Source of the DNA: Lingula anatina
Taxonomy: Eukaryota > Animalia > Brachiopoda
DNA: 64,000 bases
Reading direction: 5' to 3'
Assembly (NCBI GenBank): GCA_051362555.1
Contig: CM120644.1
Coordinates: 8,130,954-8,194,953 of the forward strand
Made by a program: the position numbers and the translations under genes. Under the pieces are notes generated by a model. That model saw only the letters and a list, made by a program, of their open reading frames with translations, made no database searches and was not told where the DNA came from. Positions within the stretch are counted from its first letter, which is position 1. Every line of letters starts with the position of its first letter. This document shows positions 63,169 to 64,000 of this stretch, piece by piece.

Positions 63169-64000
63169 CAAAAAATAAAGCATGATGAACCTGACATTAG
63201 CTAAAAGCATTTATATTAATTTAAGTCTAATTGAATCAAATGTCATATTAAAATACGCCGATTCACAACTTACCCAGGATCTCCAGCCACTAACCACGAA
63301 CGATCGTATTTGATACCAAGCTTGTATGTCAATCCTCATGGGGTCATGACCGTGGTAAAACGAGAAACAAATCCCAGGATAGAGCTTCCCCTCTCCTTCA
63401 ACCAGGTAATTGAGGGTGATGCCGATGTCAATTCCACCACGAACCAGTGACTGAAAATTATGTTTCACATTTATGGTTGCTATATTTAGAGTACATATCA
63501 TGGCTTTGACAAAATCGTTATTGATACAACCAGAATTAACAAAATACAGCAACCAGCGATCAATTGTATACAGAACAACACACAATTGTTAATTGGTATC
63601 CCCAATATATAAATTACTTTACAAATCTACAAAGGGTACAGTTTTAATATTTGTAAATGTTTCAGTGATATATTTCTCTCTCTCTAACAGACAGTTCAGT
63701 AAATTAACTTTAATCTTTTTTCTCTTTCTCTCTTTCGCTGTGTTCGTATAACATGTATACTTACAGCCAAATTAGCTGAAGCACCACCAGAAATGCGGAC
63801 ACTTGCTTTAAGGGTCATCGTCAAACAGTGAGAACAAGGATTGTTTGTACGAGGACAAAACCCTGCTCTGACACTAAAGTCCAAACTTGGGGCCAAGGAA
63901 ACGGTGAAGGAGATATGGCCGACATATATCCAAATCCGGTACAAGGTGATGGTTATTGGGGATGGATTGTAAACGGGAAAAGTCTTTTCAAGTGGACCGG
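62967..64000 (-). CDS. Copy C (divergent paralog), last three exons only
   Basis: Exons >64000-63765, 63450-63274 and 63068-62967, open and in phase: ..GFCPRTNNPCSHCLTMTLKAS.. / SLVRGGIDIGITLNYLVEGEGKLYPG..W / GWAWGNRNTWSPSSLSWSLGSSRRHLIGKAGSC*. Confidence 0.85.

Overview
AT-rich, intron-containing animal genomic DNA; the gene families suggest an invertebrate, possibly lophotrochozoan (inference). I found no prokaryotic features, CRISPR arrays, rRNA or tRNA. Left to right: (1) 5' part of a secreted Ig + calcium-binding-EGF-repeat gene on the minus strand, running off the left edge. (2) An apparently intact, full-length L1/Tx1-type LINE with a 12-bp target-site duplication. (3) A tandem family of secreted ~950-aa proteins on the minus strand. 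They have a vitellogenin/MTP-like lipid-transfer N-terminal module, an RTKR furin site and a ~290-aa very basic, beta-rich domain with a Trp-rich tail. Copy A (15.3-24.6 kb) is disabled by a nonsense codon and a destroyed splice acceptor. Copy B (49.5-57.3 kb) is intact. Copy C is more divergent and cut by the right edge. An inverted orphan last exon of a fourth copy lies at ~30 kb. Copies A and B sit in a ~15-17 kb segmental duplication. (4) A plus-strand SMB-like/Cys-rich surface-protein gene between the duplicated blocks. (5) Many DNA-transposon relics (Tc1, Harbinger-type MITEs), an RTE fragment and microsatellites. Exon boundaries were read by hand from GT/AG sites and phase compatibility. 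Family assignments come from motif recognition, not database searches.
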